A stretch of DNA of 64,000 nt from Blasia pusilla (Eukaryota): the NCBI GenBank assembly GCA_050084515.1, contig CM114271.1, positions 1,240,001 to 1,304,000 of the forward strand, in the 5' to 3' direction. Positions 24,536 through 38,755 of this stretch are shown here, in pieces (positions within the stretch are counted from its first letter, which is position 1; each line of letters starts with the position of its first letter). The position numbers were made by a program, and so were the translations under genes. The notes beneath the pieces were generated by a model. That model searched no databases, was not told the DNA's origin, and saw only the letters and a program-made list of their open reading frames with translations.

Positions 24536-26125
24536 TCACATGGCGGGATCTAGCTTGCTTAAAGCCCGGAGCCTGTGCAGACTAGAGTCCACCTTACAGG
24601 CATGGCGGGGACCAATACGGGCTAGAAGCGAGCCAATTTTTGTCTGCCTCCGACAATCTGAACCCTCACCCGTTCCCACGTCTTGAGCCTGTGTGGGCCA
24701 TTGGGGTATTGAAAAAACTCGGACGGGGGACTCATTGGGTCTATTCCTTTCTCTGCAACCAAGGGCTATTATTTGACTTTTCATCTAAATTTAGTTATGA
24801 AGTTGTGATTGTATAATTATAATTTAAATAAATATGCATAATAAAATTTCATAAATTTAATAAATATTATTCCTTAGATATTTTATGATTATATATTGGG
24901 AATTTTAAGTTATTTTATTTTAAAGTAGGCTATAGATCTATTTTAAAATATTTATGTGGGAAAATAATTTTCTAATATTAGAAAACTATAGTGCCCACAA
25001 AATTCCTAATAAGAATAATAATAATATTATTATAACTTTGTAATTTAATGTAATATGATAATTATTTAATTTATCTCATACCTCTATTTATATTAATAAA
25101 TTAGTTTATATTTCTCTTCAATTTACTGTCCAAAATTCTTTTATTTTCTATCTCATAATGTAGAGGGATGGATAGGTATGTGGGTGTTATTTATCAAACA
25201 TTATCTTTCATCAATGAGGTAGAGTTGAAGGAAAAAAATTCTTTTGTATAAAATTTGATCACATTGAAGTCATTTAATATCACGTATGGCTTACATAAGT
25301 GTTCAATATATGTGCCTCGGTTTTATGTACTTACAAATCTATATACTAAATGGAGTATGTAGTTTTCCCTAGTTACTCCACATTGTAACATTGTCACTAC
25401 ATTTCCTAAAAAATACTTTGGTCATCTTTATAGGATCATGCATGGACATTGAAATATTAATTACCTGGATATGTGCATAGCACGATCCCTTATGGGTCCT
25501 AACAAGTAGTTCATATAATGAGATCACAACTATAGATATTTCTTTGTATGGTATGCTTATATCTTATAATATGTAAAGAAGTTGTATATATTTGACCTGA
25601 CCAACTTCTTCACGTATCAACAAACGTCATAATATTTTTTCCCCAAAAAATTTGATAAAATTTATCAATCTAAATATTTAATTCTTAAATTTCTCTCTCT
25701 CATATTTATTATTTGAAAATTCAAACTTATCCTTTTCAATTATATGCATCTAGACGGAAATGAGATATACATAAAGATATTCTACAATTATGAAGTTATT
25801 TTTGGGGATAGATATAGTCTAAATAGAAAGGAAATCCATTGAAACACGTTCCATTTTTCCTTTCTTTAAAAAATACTATTTTGGGTTTTATCCCATGATG
25901 ATGAGATAACATTTAGTCTACTTTCACACTAAAATATTTCTCATGATCTTTGATAGGTATTATTTGGCATTATGATGATGACATCATCTAATATTGAATG
26001 GTAATCCAATTTCAAACCTAACATCTTTCTTAGAATCTTCAATATTATTATTTGGTATATTTTGATGACAATAACATCTAACACTAGCGTAATGCTTGTG
26101 TTATGCACGGGTGAAAATCAGCATG

Positions 26126-26243
26126 AGGGAAAGTCATCAAGTAAGTCTATGATGTGTTAATTTAACTCTTCTGGTAAATATTACAGGGAAAGTCATCAAG
26201 TAAGTCTATGATGTGTTAATTTAACTCTTCTGGTAAATATTAC
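26126..26243. repeat. Perfect 59-bp tandem duplication
   Basis: AGGGAAAGTCATCAAG...GGTAAATATTAC occurs at 26126 and 26185. Confidence 0.9.
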
Positions 26244-29200
26244 ACGTGTTACCACCAGAGGAGGGAAGAAAGTACACGTGTTAATACGGGAGGAGGGTTT
26301 TCTCAAACGAGTCAAACCCCATCCTCTTTTAATTATATAGATTGAGTGGTAGTCCACTTTCAAACCTAATACCTTTCTCAAAATCTTAAATATTTACCAT
26401 TTAAAGTTATACTGCCCAATAATTATGATATAATCTCCTAAATTTCGTATTGAATAAGAGTGCACTATATTTGTAACAATGGCATATGGTCTTAAATATT
26501 TACTATTCTATATGATTGTACCAATAATGATGACTTAGAATTACAATCCTTCAATGAAAAAAAGACCTACTCACATGTGTAAGACCTTTTTGATGATAAT
26601 CTTTGGTGTCTACTATTATGGGTCATCATGTCCAATGATGATGATGTAAAGTTAAATTGAGTCAAATTCTATTTTAATACCAAAACCTTTTTCACGGTCT
26701 TTGAGATTTACTATATAGAGTATGTTACATGCTTGAATGATAAATGCAAATATTACAAATCAATGGAGATGTATGGTTGATTTCTATGGTTAGAATTTTA
26801 CAAGAGTCTTACCAAATAACTATTCTTCTCGATACATGTGATATGCATGAGAAAATTAGAATCAAAGAGATGATTCTATTTTGACTCTTGACCAATTAGT
26901 CCTTCTTGTCAAACTTTTCACCATGTAAAATATCACCTTTTTTTTATAAAGGTTGACTGACCGTGATACGAATAAAAATGATAGTTGATAAAATATGTAA
27001 GAAATGGATTAAAAAATAAAAAAGGCACAATAAACTAGGAAGGAACACAAAAGTATTTACACCATTAAGAAACCGAATCTAAATGAAGTGAGATGCACAA
27101 GAAGCTAAAAATAGAATAATATCCATAGGGGCCAGTAAAATTACATAAAAATTTAGACCATATTTTATTTATTTATGAAAAAAATATGTACATATTTTCC
27201 CAAAGTAAAAGGAAATGAATAACATAAGAAATAAGCATTGAGTTAATTCTATATTAATAAATCAAATATGTACATATATCTGATAATAAAAATAAATCTA
27301 GATAGCCATTTGGAGAGTTATAAAGAAGGACGGATATGATTAAAGCAACATAGGAAACTAAACTTACTTAATTGAGAACAAAAAATAAATTTTGATTGTT
27401 TGATATTGTATAATTGAGGACAAAAGCTGGAAAACATTGACACACTTTTTTATTTTCTACAAATTTGGGAGGTGGCGTGGAAATGACATGATAAGTTGAT
27501 AACCAAAAGGAACCTTATGGATCCAATTCTAATGATGTTAAAATTACCATAATTGAACTCTCTAATTCTCTAGTTGAAAATGTATCACGGAATTTTTTTT
27601 GATAATAGTTACTTTCCATTAAATATGTGCATATAAAATTGTTCTTACTATATGTTAGATCATGAGTAGATGACGATATGTGCACACATTGTGCTTTGTT
27701 CTTGCACAAAACACTAGATTGTTTGCCAAATGAATATTATTAGTGTTATTTTCAGATATTATTGCTAAATTGGAACATTCTTAGCCTAAACTATAGGGGA
27801 TAGGAATACTCCTACCCAGTATCGAACCCAACTATCCCAAGCTGAAGGCAAGCTCCTAATTGATGAGCTACGATATTATCTTAACTCACGCTAGACTTTT
27901 TCTTTTACTGTATCTTGCAAAATTTTTTCTAAGGGTTCTAATGTGCAGAAGTGACAGGGATCGTAAGGGCAGGAGAGACATAGTCCACATGAACACGGAG
28001 AAAGGTCTTGCTCTCGCTCTCTCGCTCTCTCATTTATTCTTGCTATTTTTTATGTTTTGCAAACTATTATTATTCTACATAAAGAATCTTGCATTTTGTG
28101 GTAGTATGAACTAGATAATGAAAAAAATGTATTGATTATTGGTTCTAGCCTTAGGAATATGTAGCAAAATTTTATTTGCCCCACAGGGATATTTTGAAAT
28201 AGGTTTTATGTCTCAAATCTTATCTACCTTTGTGTTATTCAATGATAGATGCATATTCAATCAAATTAGACAATAAGAAACAATCCCTAACTTGGGATTT
28301 ACGTAAGTTATCTAGTTGGGCAATGACTATGTAAGAAACCACACTGGTTAACATTTTGTGTTGCAATAATAAACTATGTCTAGTGCAATGATAAATAATG
28401 ACTAAAAGAATCATGTAGGTTGCTAGATGACTAAAACATTGAATGTAAGAACTCAAATTGGTAGACCATAATCGGACGTAATTATTAATATGATTGACAC
28501 AGTCGTGTAAACAACAATTGTAGTCATTTTAAATGACTTACACCTAATTCCTTCAAATAAATAAAAATGAATTACTATTCGAGTCATTCTATAAGATTGT
28601 ATGAGTCATTTCATACATCTATGGCTCTTACACTTGTAGAAAATGACCCATATACTAATATCTAATGATTCTTTTAGTCATAACTATGAGTAACTTAAAT
28701 AACTCAATTAATTTATGTGACTAAGTCATTTAGACCACATGTTAAAATCTAGTTTTATGATATCATTATACGTGGTATTTCATGAATATTTAATAAAAAA
28801 TATTCATAAATATTTTGTGACACGTGGTCATATGTGATAGGATACTCAAGATTCTATTCTCTATGCCACATCATTTGAGGATTTATAACTTAGTCATTTC
28901 ATACACGTGTTAGTCTAAGAGAAACCATGATAATATGCTTGCCATGTCATGTGACAACGTGGCACTATGACAAGGCACGCACATGTGATATCCGAGTCAT
29001 ATATCAATGATTGAGTAAGAAATGAGTGCAATCATTTACCTCATGGATATTCTAAGTCATTTCTTACAAATGACTTGGTTTATATGACTCTAATAGTTAT
29101 GAGTTACTAGTTAATATCCGTGACAACCGTGCGATGATGGTCTTTCTTCCCCCCAACCTGAAATATATATATATGTGCCCCTCATGTACGCGCCTATCGT

Positions 29201-30919
29201 GCAGTTACTCTCCTTGAACGTTAATCTTTGTTATTGCGGAAGCATGCGTTCAGTAGGTCACGCTCTCAACTTCAATCTGCATCGAAACACGCATTCTGGT
29301 TAGTCAAGTCTAGATCAATCATCGGGCTAACTTTACGAGTTCTCATCTCGGTCTCTCATCAATCTCAACCTTCCTAGTTTCGCAGTTTACAACACATGCA
29401 AGTCTTGAAAGACTTTGGACAAACTTTCTAGTCGGTTCAGGAACCTCAAACGGCGTTTCATGTGTGGCGGTTCCAATTTTTCGATGGACATCCAATGAGT
29501 CCCTAACCATGACTCACACAAAATAAATCACGGGTCAAAATCCAAGTGTGTCGCACAAAGTCCACTCCTTTGGATCAAGTTTGGGTTTCGAGTTCCAATG
29601 CCAAACTCTCGTTCCATCCCGTGCCCTTAAGACACCATTTGGTGCTCAAAGTGGGGATTCGTGTTCCAAGACAACTTGGAGAGATTCCTCCATTACTAGT
29701 ACTTGTGGAGATCTCCGAGGTCCCCCTAACTTTATGGAAAGACAGTCGGGCCCCACAAATTGGCCCTCAACCCCATTGCTCTCATAATCATTTTTGGCCA
29801 ATATCTTAGCATGTACTTATGCGTTTGCTTAGATCTTTGGTGCGTTGGAAGCGTCTTAAGATAATATTTCCAACGCGCCTTTATTTTTCTCAAACGCTTC
29901 TTGATGCTAAACTTTGTGGTCCTAAACATAGTCAATTTCCCCCAACGCTAGTCGTGTTCCAAACTGGTTCTCACCTCTTTGGCAACCAACATTCCAAGAC
30001 TCAACTCATCTCAAGTTGGTTCGGCTTTGGTCTAGGTTTCCTGGTCGAGAGCACTAACGCATGAAATGCATAACTTTGTTCCGCGGTTCGTCTCTTGGAC
30101 TTTTCCAATAGACCTTCCAAAAGCCTCTCCAAAGCGCGATTATCGCAACGTGAGTCCACTTAAGTTCTGATGTTCCACTTGGCGCCTATTTGGTGTTCGT
30201 TTGGTTATGAGGATCGCGACACTCATCCCTCCTTAGAAGGTTAATGTCCTCATCAATGCTAACCTTTTTATTATTAAGTTTTGGGAAGCCTTCCCCTTAA
30301 CACTGAATCGCGTTGTGGTAGCTAACCCGCAATTCCACTTTTGGCTTAAGTCTTAGGCTGTCGCTTGCAGCACTTAGATTTATTAGCTTCTCCACTTCAA
30401 TTAGCCTAGACCAATTCTACAAAACTAATCTAAACTATCAAAATAAGATAACTAAGTCTACAACCTAACACTTCACTTACTCACTATTTGTAAACAACCG
30501 CATGTTTACCTAGCCAACTCGTACTACTTTTGGGTCACTCGTATTTTACTTAGGCATGTCACTAAGTTCACTCATGCAACATGAATGAGATTACCACAAA
30601 CCCCAAGACATACTAATCTACCCTGCCGACGTTAGGGCGGGTCCAAATGTTAGTACTTCAACACTTGGTTCTGATCTAGATGCCTTATCCGAATACAAGA
30701 TCTTACCTCAAATACTCATTGTTTGGCCTCCTTGACTTACATCCTAAGTATATGAAGAACTACTCATTGCCATGCACTACCAAACTCAAAATCACAATCT
30801 CTAGCATCGAATCTCCAAATTTATGCATTCTTTATTGCAACAACTAAAATTTTCTAGTTACAACCGGTTATCGGTCCAAGCTTCCCAATCACAAGTTATG
30901 TCCTTTGCTTCACCATGTT

Positions 30920-32547
30920 CTAACCTATGTGCCTATCTTGCATCCATTTGAAGTCTTGCAACGCCTCTTGTGCCTGTTCAAGATCTCCCTCTGTAATCCA
31001 AGTCGTCTCTTTCACATGGTAGCCTTTCCACTTGACCAAGTACTCGTACTTGGCGGCTTTGCGTCTGGAATGCAGAATGGTCTCCACCTCGAACTCTGGC
31101 TCCTCATTTATGATGAGCGGTTGTGGTCTTAACACAATCCTTTATTTCGGACGCACATTGTCTTGAAAGACACTTCTTCAATAGTGACACATGGAAAGTC
31201 GGGTGAATCTTGAACTCATTTGGCAACTCCAATGTATACACATCCTCAAACAGTTTTGCCTTGATCACATACAGTTCAACATACTTGGCTGAAAATTTAA
31301 TGGACAATTCCTTCAGAATAGTGAGATTCTTTACACTCAACCAAACTTGTTCCCCAAATTGGAAACTCACTTGGGGCCGAATTTTGTTAGCATGCTTCAC
31401 GTACCTTAGTTGAGCCTTGGCAAGACTCATCCTTGCTCGCTTCTTGTTGTTCCTGCATTTCCACTAACAAACATTCCGCCGTTGCTTGACGAGTGTGTGC
31501 TGATGTAGCGCCCCTCGAAAGGGCGAGGTCAAGAGGCCCTTCTGGTTCTCTTTGATACACCAGAAGAAACCGAGATTCTCCAGTTGTAGAATGATTGGTT
31601 GAGTTGTAACAATAATCAGCCATACTTAGCCACTTTTCCCAATCTCTTTGGTCTGCACTCACGTAATTCCTTAAGTATTGGTTCACGACAGAGTTTACTT
31701 TTTCTGTTTGTCCATCCGTTTGAGGATAGAAGGCCGTACTAAAGCTGAGTTTGGTCTTGAACCTAATGAATAGATATTTCCAAAAGGCACTCGTAAACTT
31801 CAGATCTCGATTGGACACAATGCTCCTACACAATCTGTGAGCTCGCCACCAACCATCTAGGAACAGTCGAGAATTCTTGTAGGCCGTCGCATAATCTCTC
31901 GTTGGCACAAACCTCCCAACTTGCTAAACCGATCACAAGTATAGCATTGTATCCCTTAGATTTTGGAAGACTTGTAATGAAATCCATGCTAATGCTTTGC
32001 AAGGTTCCCCGGGGATCGGCAAAGGACAAAGTAAGCCTTGCTTCTTTGCTTAAGAAACTCTGTTTGCATGACAGATCATGCCGGTCTTCACATATTGAGC
32101 AACATCTTCCTTCATGTTGGGCCAGAAGAATCTCTTGGCCAAAACAACAAGAGTGGATTTCTCCCTTTGTGTCTTGCCAAAGATCCATCATGACATTCCA
32201 CAAACACTTTGGTCCGTAGATTGCCTTGGCCTACATAGATCTTATTCTGCTTAAACCTTGGCAAGGCATGCCTCAAACTTAGATTGGCTACCTTCTCGCC
32301 CCACTTCAACTTCCCAAGGTACTCACTCGCTTGCACATCCTTCATGTATCCTTCACGAATCCTTCTTTCCACATCTGTTTCATTAGGGAACATTGCTCTC
32401 AAGACTTGTGTTGTTGATGGCATATGTTCATCCCTGTGACTTAACGCATCTGGAATGACATTGTCTTTCGTCGGCTTGTGGATTAGCTCCACATTCGTCA
32501 ACGCCAAAGTATCATGCCATCGAAGTTGCTTCGGTGTTACGCGATCC
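30920..32547 (-). pseudogene. Integrase and chromodomain of the older Gypsy
   Basis: STAFYPQTDGQTE (31387-31908), FEVETIL...YLVKWKGY...TW (30920-31135). Confidence 0.9.
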
Positions 32548-35500
32548 TATTGAAGATTGAGTTACAATCTAGCTCATGAGATCCCTGAACTGCTACATTT
32601 GGTACTTACACGAAGTAGGGAAGCTTAATCTTGATTAGTATGTTAAGCGTGATTATCTTTACTATAGTTAGTTAATCACAGTTAGTCTAAGTCGAGACTA
32701 TGGTCAAGGTTAGGGTTAGGGTTGCTTGTACATACCTTATATAATTGAGAAAGGGACCAACCTCCACTCATTCTGTCATTGTAGATTTTGTTCTCCATAG
32801 CGGTTTGTGAGTGTGAGAGCCGTTTCCCACCATTTATGCTTCTCTAGTAGTTTTCTACATGTTATCAGAGCGATAGGAGAACATCACTTGAAATTCTTGG
32901 TGTTTGAGGAGAGAAGAGAGGCAAGAGAAGGCAAAATTTCAGTTTGGGAGAAGGAAATTTTTTTCAGAGCTTAGTGCGTGCAAATTTCGTGTGGAGCTTT
33001 GACGGTAATAAAACTTTGGAGGCATTTTTTAAGGCTTTCCCGATCAATTGAGCCATCTGGGTCCGCAATGGCTAAAATGACACCAAAGGCTTATTGTAGC
33101 GTCATTGAGGAGCTCGTCGAGAGCTTTCGAATGCATCCAAAATCGCTCAATTCTGACATTCTGAGCTCCTAACATAGCAATTTCAGTGTAGGAAAGTGCA
33201 ATTAGTGAAGAAAAGTTGTGTAGTTTGCTCTCTACAGGTCAATTTTGACTAGTTCTTTCATACAGTTGATCAATTTTGGAAAATTTAAAGTCAATTTTTG
33301 TGGAGGAGTACTCTATTCTTCAATTGGAGCAGTAGAGAGCATAAAATTACGTCTTTGTGAGTAAAATCGTTCGTCATGGAGTATTCCTCAACAGCAATCA
33401 CAAGCGAGAAGCTAGATAAGAAAAATTATAATGTCTGAAAGTTTCGCATGAAACAATTCCTTATGGGTCAAGATCTTTGGAAGCTTGTCATAGGTGATGA
33501 GGCCAAGCTTGAAGATGACTCAACAAACTTGAATGTTCGCGCCTGAAACAAACGCGCAAGGCAAGTAATCCACTACATTTCAATAACGATCAATTCGCCA
33601 ATGATAGGTCACATTCAAGATGTTGATACTCCAAAATATTGAAGATTGAGTTACAATTAAGCTCATAAGACACCTGAATTGCTATATTTGATACTCACAA
33701 GAAGTAGGGAAGCTTAATCTTGGTTAGTCAGTAAAACACGATTATCTTAATTAGGTTAGTTAATCACAGTTAGTCTAACTCGAGTTTATGATCAAGGTTA
33801 GGATTAGGGTTCCATGTACATACCCTATATAATTGAGAAGAGGACCAGCCTCCACATAATTTCCCTCATTGGAAATTTCGTTCTCCATGGTGGTATGTGT
33901 GTGTGAGAGCCGTTTTCCACCAATTATGCTTGTTTAGTAGTTTTCCACATGGTATCAGAGTGGGAGGAGAACATCACTTGAAATTCTTGGTTTTTGAAGA
34001 GAGAAGAGAGGCAAGAGAAGGCATAATTTCAGTTTGGGAGAAAGAAATTTTATTCAGCGCTCAGTGGATGCATATTTCATATAGAGCTTTGACGGTAATA
34101 AAACTTTGGAGGGATTTTTTAGGGCTTTCCAAGTCGATTCAGCCGTATGGGTCCGCTTCGGCTAGAACAATGCCAAAGGCTATTTATAGCCATCTTATGG
34201 AGCTCGTTGAGAGCTTTCCAACACACCCAAAATCGCTTGATTCTGACACTCTAAGCTCATGCAGTAGCAATTTCAATATAGGAAAGTGCAATTGGTGAAG
34301 AAAAGTTGTGCAATTTGCTCTCTACAGGCCAATTCCGACTAGTTCTTTCATACATTTGATCAATTTTGGCAAATTTCGAGTCAATTTCTGTGTAGGAGTG
34401 GTCTATGCTTCAATTGGAGCAGTAGAAAGCTAAAATTACGTTTTTGTGAGTAAAATCGTTTATCATGGAGTATTCCTCAACAACAATCACAAACGAAAAG
34501 CTAGACAAGCAGAATTACAATGTCAACAAGTTTCGCATGAAACAATTTCTTATGGGTCAAAAACTATGGGAGCTTGTCATAGGTGATGAGGCCAAGCCAG
34601 AAGGTGACTCAACAGACTTGAATATTCGCGTGTGGAACAAACGCGCAAGGCAAGTAATCTACTACATTTCAATAACGATCAGTTCGCCAATGATAGGTCA
34701 CATCCAAGATGTTGATATTCCGAAGGAGGCCTAGGATGCATTGGAAAAGCTATTCCAAACATCTAGAAAGGCCAGAAAGCTTCAATTGAAACAACAATTA
34801 AACGAAGTGAGGAAAGGATTGCAGAGCATCAATGATTATATTTTGAGTATCAGACATATTGTTGATCAATTGAATAGCATTGGAGTGACAGTAGAAGATG
34901 ATGATCTGACTTTATTCACTCTCAAGGCCTTCCAAAAGATTACAAGTCCTTTGAGATCTCTATCTTTGTGAGAGAGAAATATCCAACCTTTCAAGAGTTA
35001 GTTCCTCTGTTGATCAATGAAGAGATGCGCCTAGTAGGCAGCGGTAGCTCATCTAGTCTGCAAGAGAGTGTGCTATTTGCAGATTATGGATCAAAAAGAG
35101 GCAGGGATCGTGGCAGAAACTTCTGTGGTCGTGGTGGATATCAAACATATGGAGGAAGAGGCATTCAATATAACGTCACTCAATCAACTATGAACGAGTA
35201 CCAGACACAATCACAATGTGGTAATGGTGGAAACCATTGGGATCGAGGTCAGTAGTAGAGGGTCCCTGAATCTTGCAATTACTGTGGGATAAAGGATCAC
35301 TATGCAAAGTTTTGTTTCAAGAAGAAGGCAGATATGAGAACAAGAGCCTTACAACAACAAAACTATGTGGAGCAACAACACCAAGAGCAATACCAAGAAC
35401 AAAAACATTCACAAACGGAGCATCTCTTGGTCATGACTCATCATATGGGAGCAATGGTGAAGAAAGACTCGACACTAGATTAGTACATTGACTCTAGTGC

Positions 35501-38500
35501 ATCAAATGACATGACCTCACAAGATAAATAGTTCAATAATTTGGAGCCGGTGAAAGATCTTGCAATTGTGCTCACAGGAGATGACACTCAACATCATATG
35601 ACGCATACCGGTAAAGTTCCAATAGCATCAGATGGTATTTGTGCTCTTGGAAATATTCTCTATGTTCCTACCATTGCAAGAAATCTAATCTGTGTAGGAC
35701 AGATAGTAGAACAGGGTTATCAAGTGAAGTTTATATGTGTGGCATAAGAGAATTGGGCATATGAATCTTCAAAGATTACAGAGTCTTTCATCATCTAATA
35801 TAGTAATAGGACTCCCTAAATAAGCGAGTCCTACTATATTAGAGATATGTCATGTTTGCCAATTTGGAAACAAACTAGATTTCCTTTTCCAAAGCAAGGT
35901 AGAAGAGCATCTCAGATATTGGAGTTGATCCACACTAATGTGTAGACAACATCACAACATAGCCTAAGTGGTTGCCAGTACTTTGTTTCATTTATTGATG
36001 ACTTCTCTAGGTATATATGGGTATAGTTTTTGAAAGCCAAGTCAGAGGTATTCTAAGGGTTCCAAACATTCAGAGTTCTAGTAGAGAAGCAGACTGGAGA
36101 ACACATTCTGAAATTGCGTTGTGATGGAGGAGGAGATTATCTTTCAACAAAATTTGATAACTATTTATGTCAGAATGACATCCAACGTCAAATGACTTGC
36201 CGTTATACTCCACAACAAAATGGAATGGTTGAGAGGGAGAATCGACATATTACTGAAGTGGCACGAGTTATGCTGAATGAAAAGAACATGCCTAAGGTGT
36301 ATTGAGGACAGACTATAGCATGTGCAGTCTTCTTAATCAACCAAACTCTAACAGCAAGAGTTCATGATAAAAATCCATTCGAAGTCTTCACAGGAAGTAA
36401 ACCTGATTTTTCCTTCTTGAAAGTATTTGGCAGTATTTGCTTTGCTCATGTTCCTTCTTAGAGAGGTCATAAGGAACTAAGGGATATAAGTGCTACATTC
36501 CATCCTCTAAGCAGCTTATTATTAGTCAGGATGTTGTCTTTGATGAGCTAAAGTCATGGTACGCTCCATCTGAGCCTATTCCACCTTTAAACTCGTCTGT
36601 TAAGGGGGAGAATATGACTGTAAACCAACGAATATTGTCTTCAACTTCCCTAAGTACTAGTGTAGGATTAAGAGAGGTCATAGATTTATCAATTAAATCG
36701 GTGAGTCCATGGATGGGAAAAATACGTATTCAGTCTGTTGACACTAGTCAGAGCTCGAGTCAGGTGTCAGAGGCATCTACCTCTGACCAACAACTTTGTA
36801 GATCAAGTAGAGTGACACATCCAGTTCATAAATTCATAAATGAAAGTTTTTTTGCGACACATCATGCATATATGATGACTACCCTTCAAGAATAGGATCC
36901 AAGTTATTTTGAAGAAGCTGCAAGTAAAGTGGAATGGATTGAAGATATGGAGGAAGAGCTTGTTTCATTAAGATATCAACAGACATGGGAACTGGTTGAT
37001 ATATCTTCCGGTTAGGAAGCTATTGGTTGCAAATGGGTTTACAAAATCAAGCGCAATCAAGATGGTACAATTAATAGATGCAAAGGGAGATTGGTGGCTA
37101 AGGGCTATGCACAACAATATGGCATCGATTATGAGGAATCATTTAGCCTTGTCGCAAAGATGGCGACTATGGGAAGAGTGGTTGCAATTACAGTAAGTAA
37201 GAAGTGGAGATTACATCACATGGACGTCAAGAATGCCTTCTTAAATGGAGATCTATCCGAGGAGGTTTATATGACTCAACCAAGTGGATACGAGCATCCC
37301 AAGTTTCCATTTCGCGTATGCAGGTTGAAGAAAGCTCGATACGGGCTTAAACAAGCTCCAAGAGCCTCGTATGGCAAGATTACATACGTCCTACAAGATA
37401 TGGGTTTTAGGATATGTGATTCTGAATCCTTATTTTATGTCTTGAGAGGAAAAATTCATACAGTTCTCATTGTGTTGTATGTTGAAGATCTCTTGATTAT
37501 AGGAAATACTGAAGAAATGGTACAATAAGTCAACCTTAAGTTACAAGCATAATTTGATATGAAGGACTTGGGAGAACTTAAGTACTTCATTGGTATTGAG
37601 TTTATCAAGGTTGGAGAGAGCATGTGGTTACTACAACGACAATTTGCTCTTCATATGCTTTCAAAATATGATATGACGGCTTGTAAGCCAATATCTACAC
37701 CATTGGACTAGAGCGTGAAGCTAAGAGTGGATGAAGGAGAGATGCTCGCAGATTCTAATATGTATAGGCGCATGGTTGGAAGTTTGATCTATCTAACTAT
37801 AACCATACTAGATTTGAGCTATGTTGTTGGCCTAGTGAGCTAGTTTATGCAAGCACCTCAAAAACCTCACTTTGATGTTGTGAGGAGGATTATGCGGTTT
37901 GTGAAATTCTCTATTCAATTTGGGCTTCAATTTGAACCTTCTTCGAGTTTTGAATTACAAGGATTCATAAATTACATGATTAGGCAAGAAGCGTGTCTGA
38001 TCGACATTCCACATTTGGTTATTGGTTTACTTTGGAAGCGCAGCTATAAGTTGGACTTCAAAGAAGCAACCTATAGTTGCTTTATCTTCAACAGAGGTTG
38101 AGTACAGAGGAGCAACCCATGCAGCGTGTGAGGTGGTGTGGCTTCATCGATTATTTGTTGAGATTGGTGTTTGTAACTTAAGACCTAATGTAATATATGC
38201 AGACAATATTAGTAGCATCAAGCTTGCTAATAACCATGTGTTTCATGCTCGTACAAAGCATGTTGAGGTGCACTATCATTTTATCAGAGAGAAAGTGCTT
38301 GCACGAGAAATTGATATTGTGTATATAGGTACAGATCAGCAAATTGCTGACATCTTTACAAAGGCATTGTTTAGAGATAAGTTTGAGATGTTTAAAAATG
38401 ATTTAGGCATTAGAGATATCGATATGATCTTGAGGGGGAGTATTGAAGATTAAGTTACAGTCAAGCTCATGAGACACCTGAACTTCTACATTTGGTACTC

Positions 38501-38750
38501 ACACGAAGTAGGGAAGCTTAATCTTGGTTAGTCATTTAAGCGCGATTATCTTAACTAGGGTTAATTAATCACAGTTAGTCTAACTCGAGACTATGGTTAA
38601 GCTGGATAAGGATTGCTTGTGCATACCCTATATAATTGAGAAGGGGACCAGCCTCTACTAATTCTCTCATTGAAAATTATGTTCTCCATGGTGGTGTGTT
38701 TGTGTGAGAGCCATTTTCTACGAATTATGCTTCTTTAGCACTTTTCCACA
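32548..38750 (+). mobile_element. Three-LTR Copia complex nested in the Gypsy RNase H region
   Basis: LTRs 32548-32859, 33637-33949 and 38441-38750. PBS at 32860 (decayed) and 33950 (TGGTATCAGAG). PPT GAGGGGGAG at 38432-38440. Gypsy sequence resumes at 38756. Confidence 0.9.
34465..38453 (+). pseudogene. Copia gag-pol (gag, protease, integrase, RT, RNase H) with stops and frameshifts
   Basis: RCDGGGDY...TPQQNGMVER, MDVKNAFLNG, LYVEDL, SKKQ...SSTEVEY, ADIFTK. Confidence 0.92.
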
Positions 38751-38755
38751 CATCT

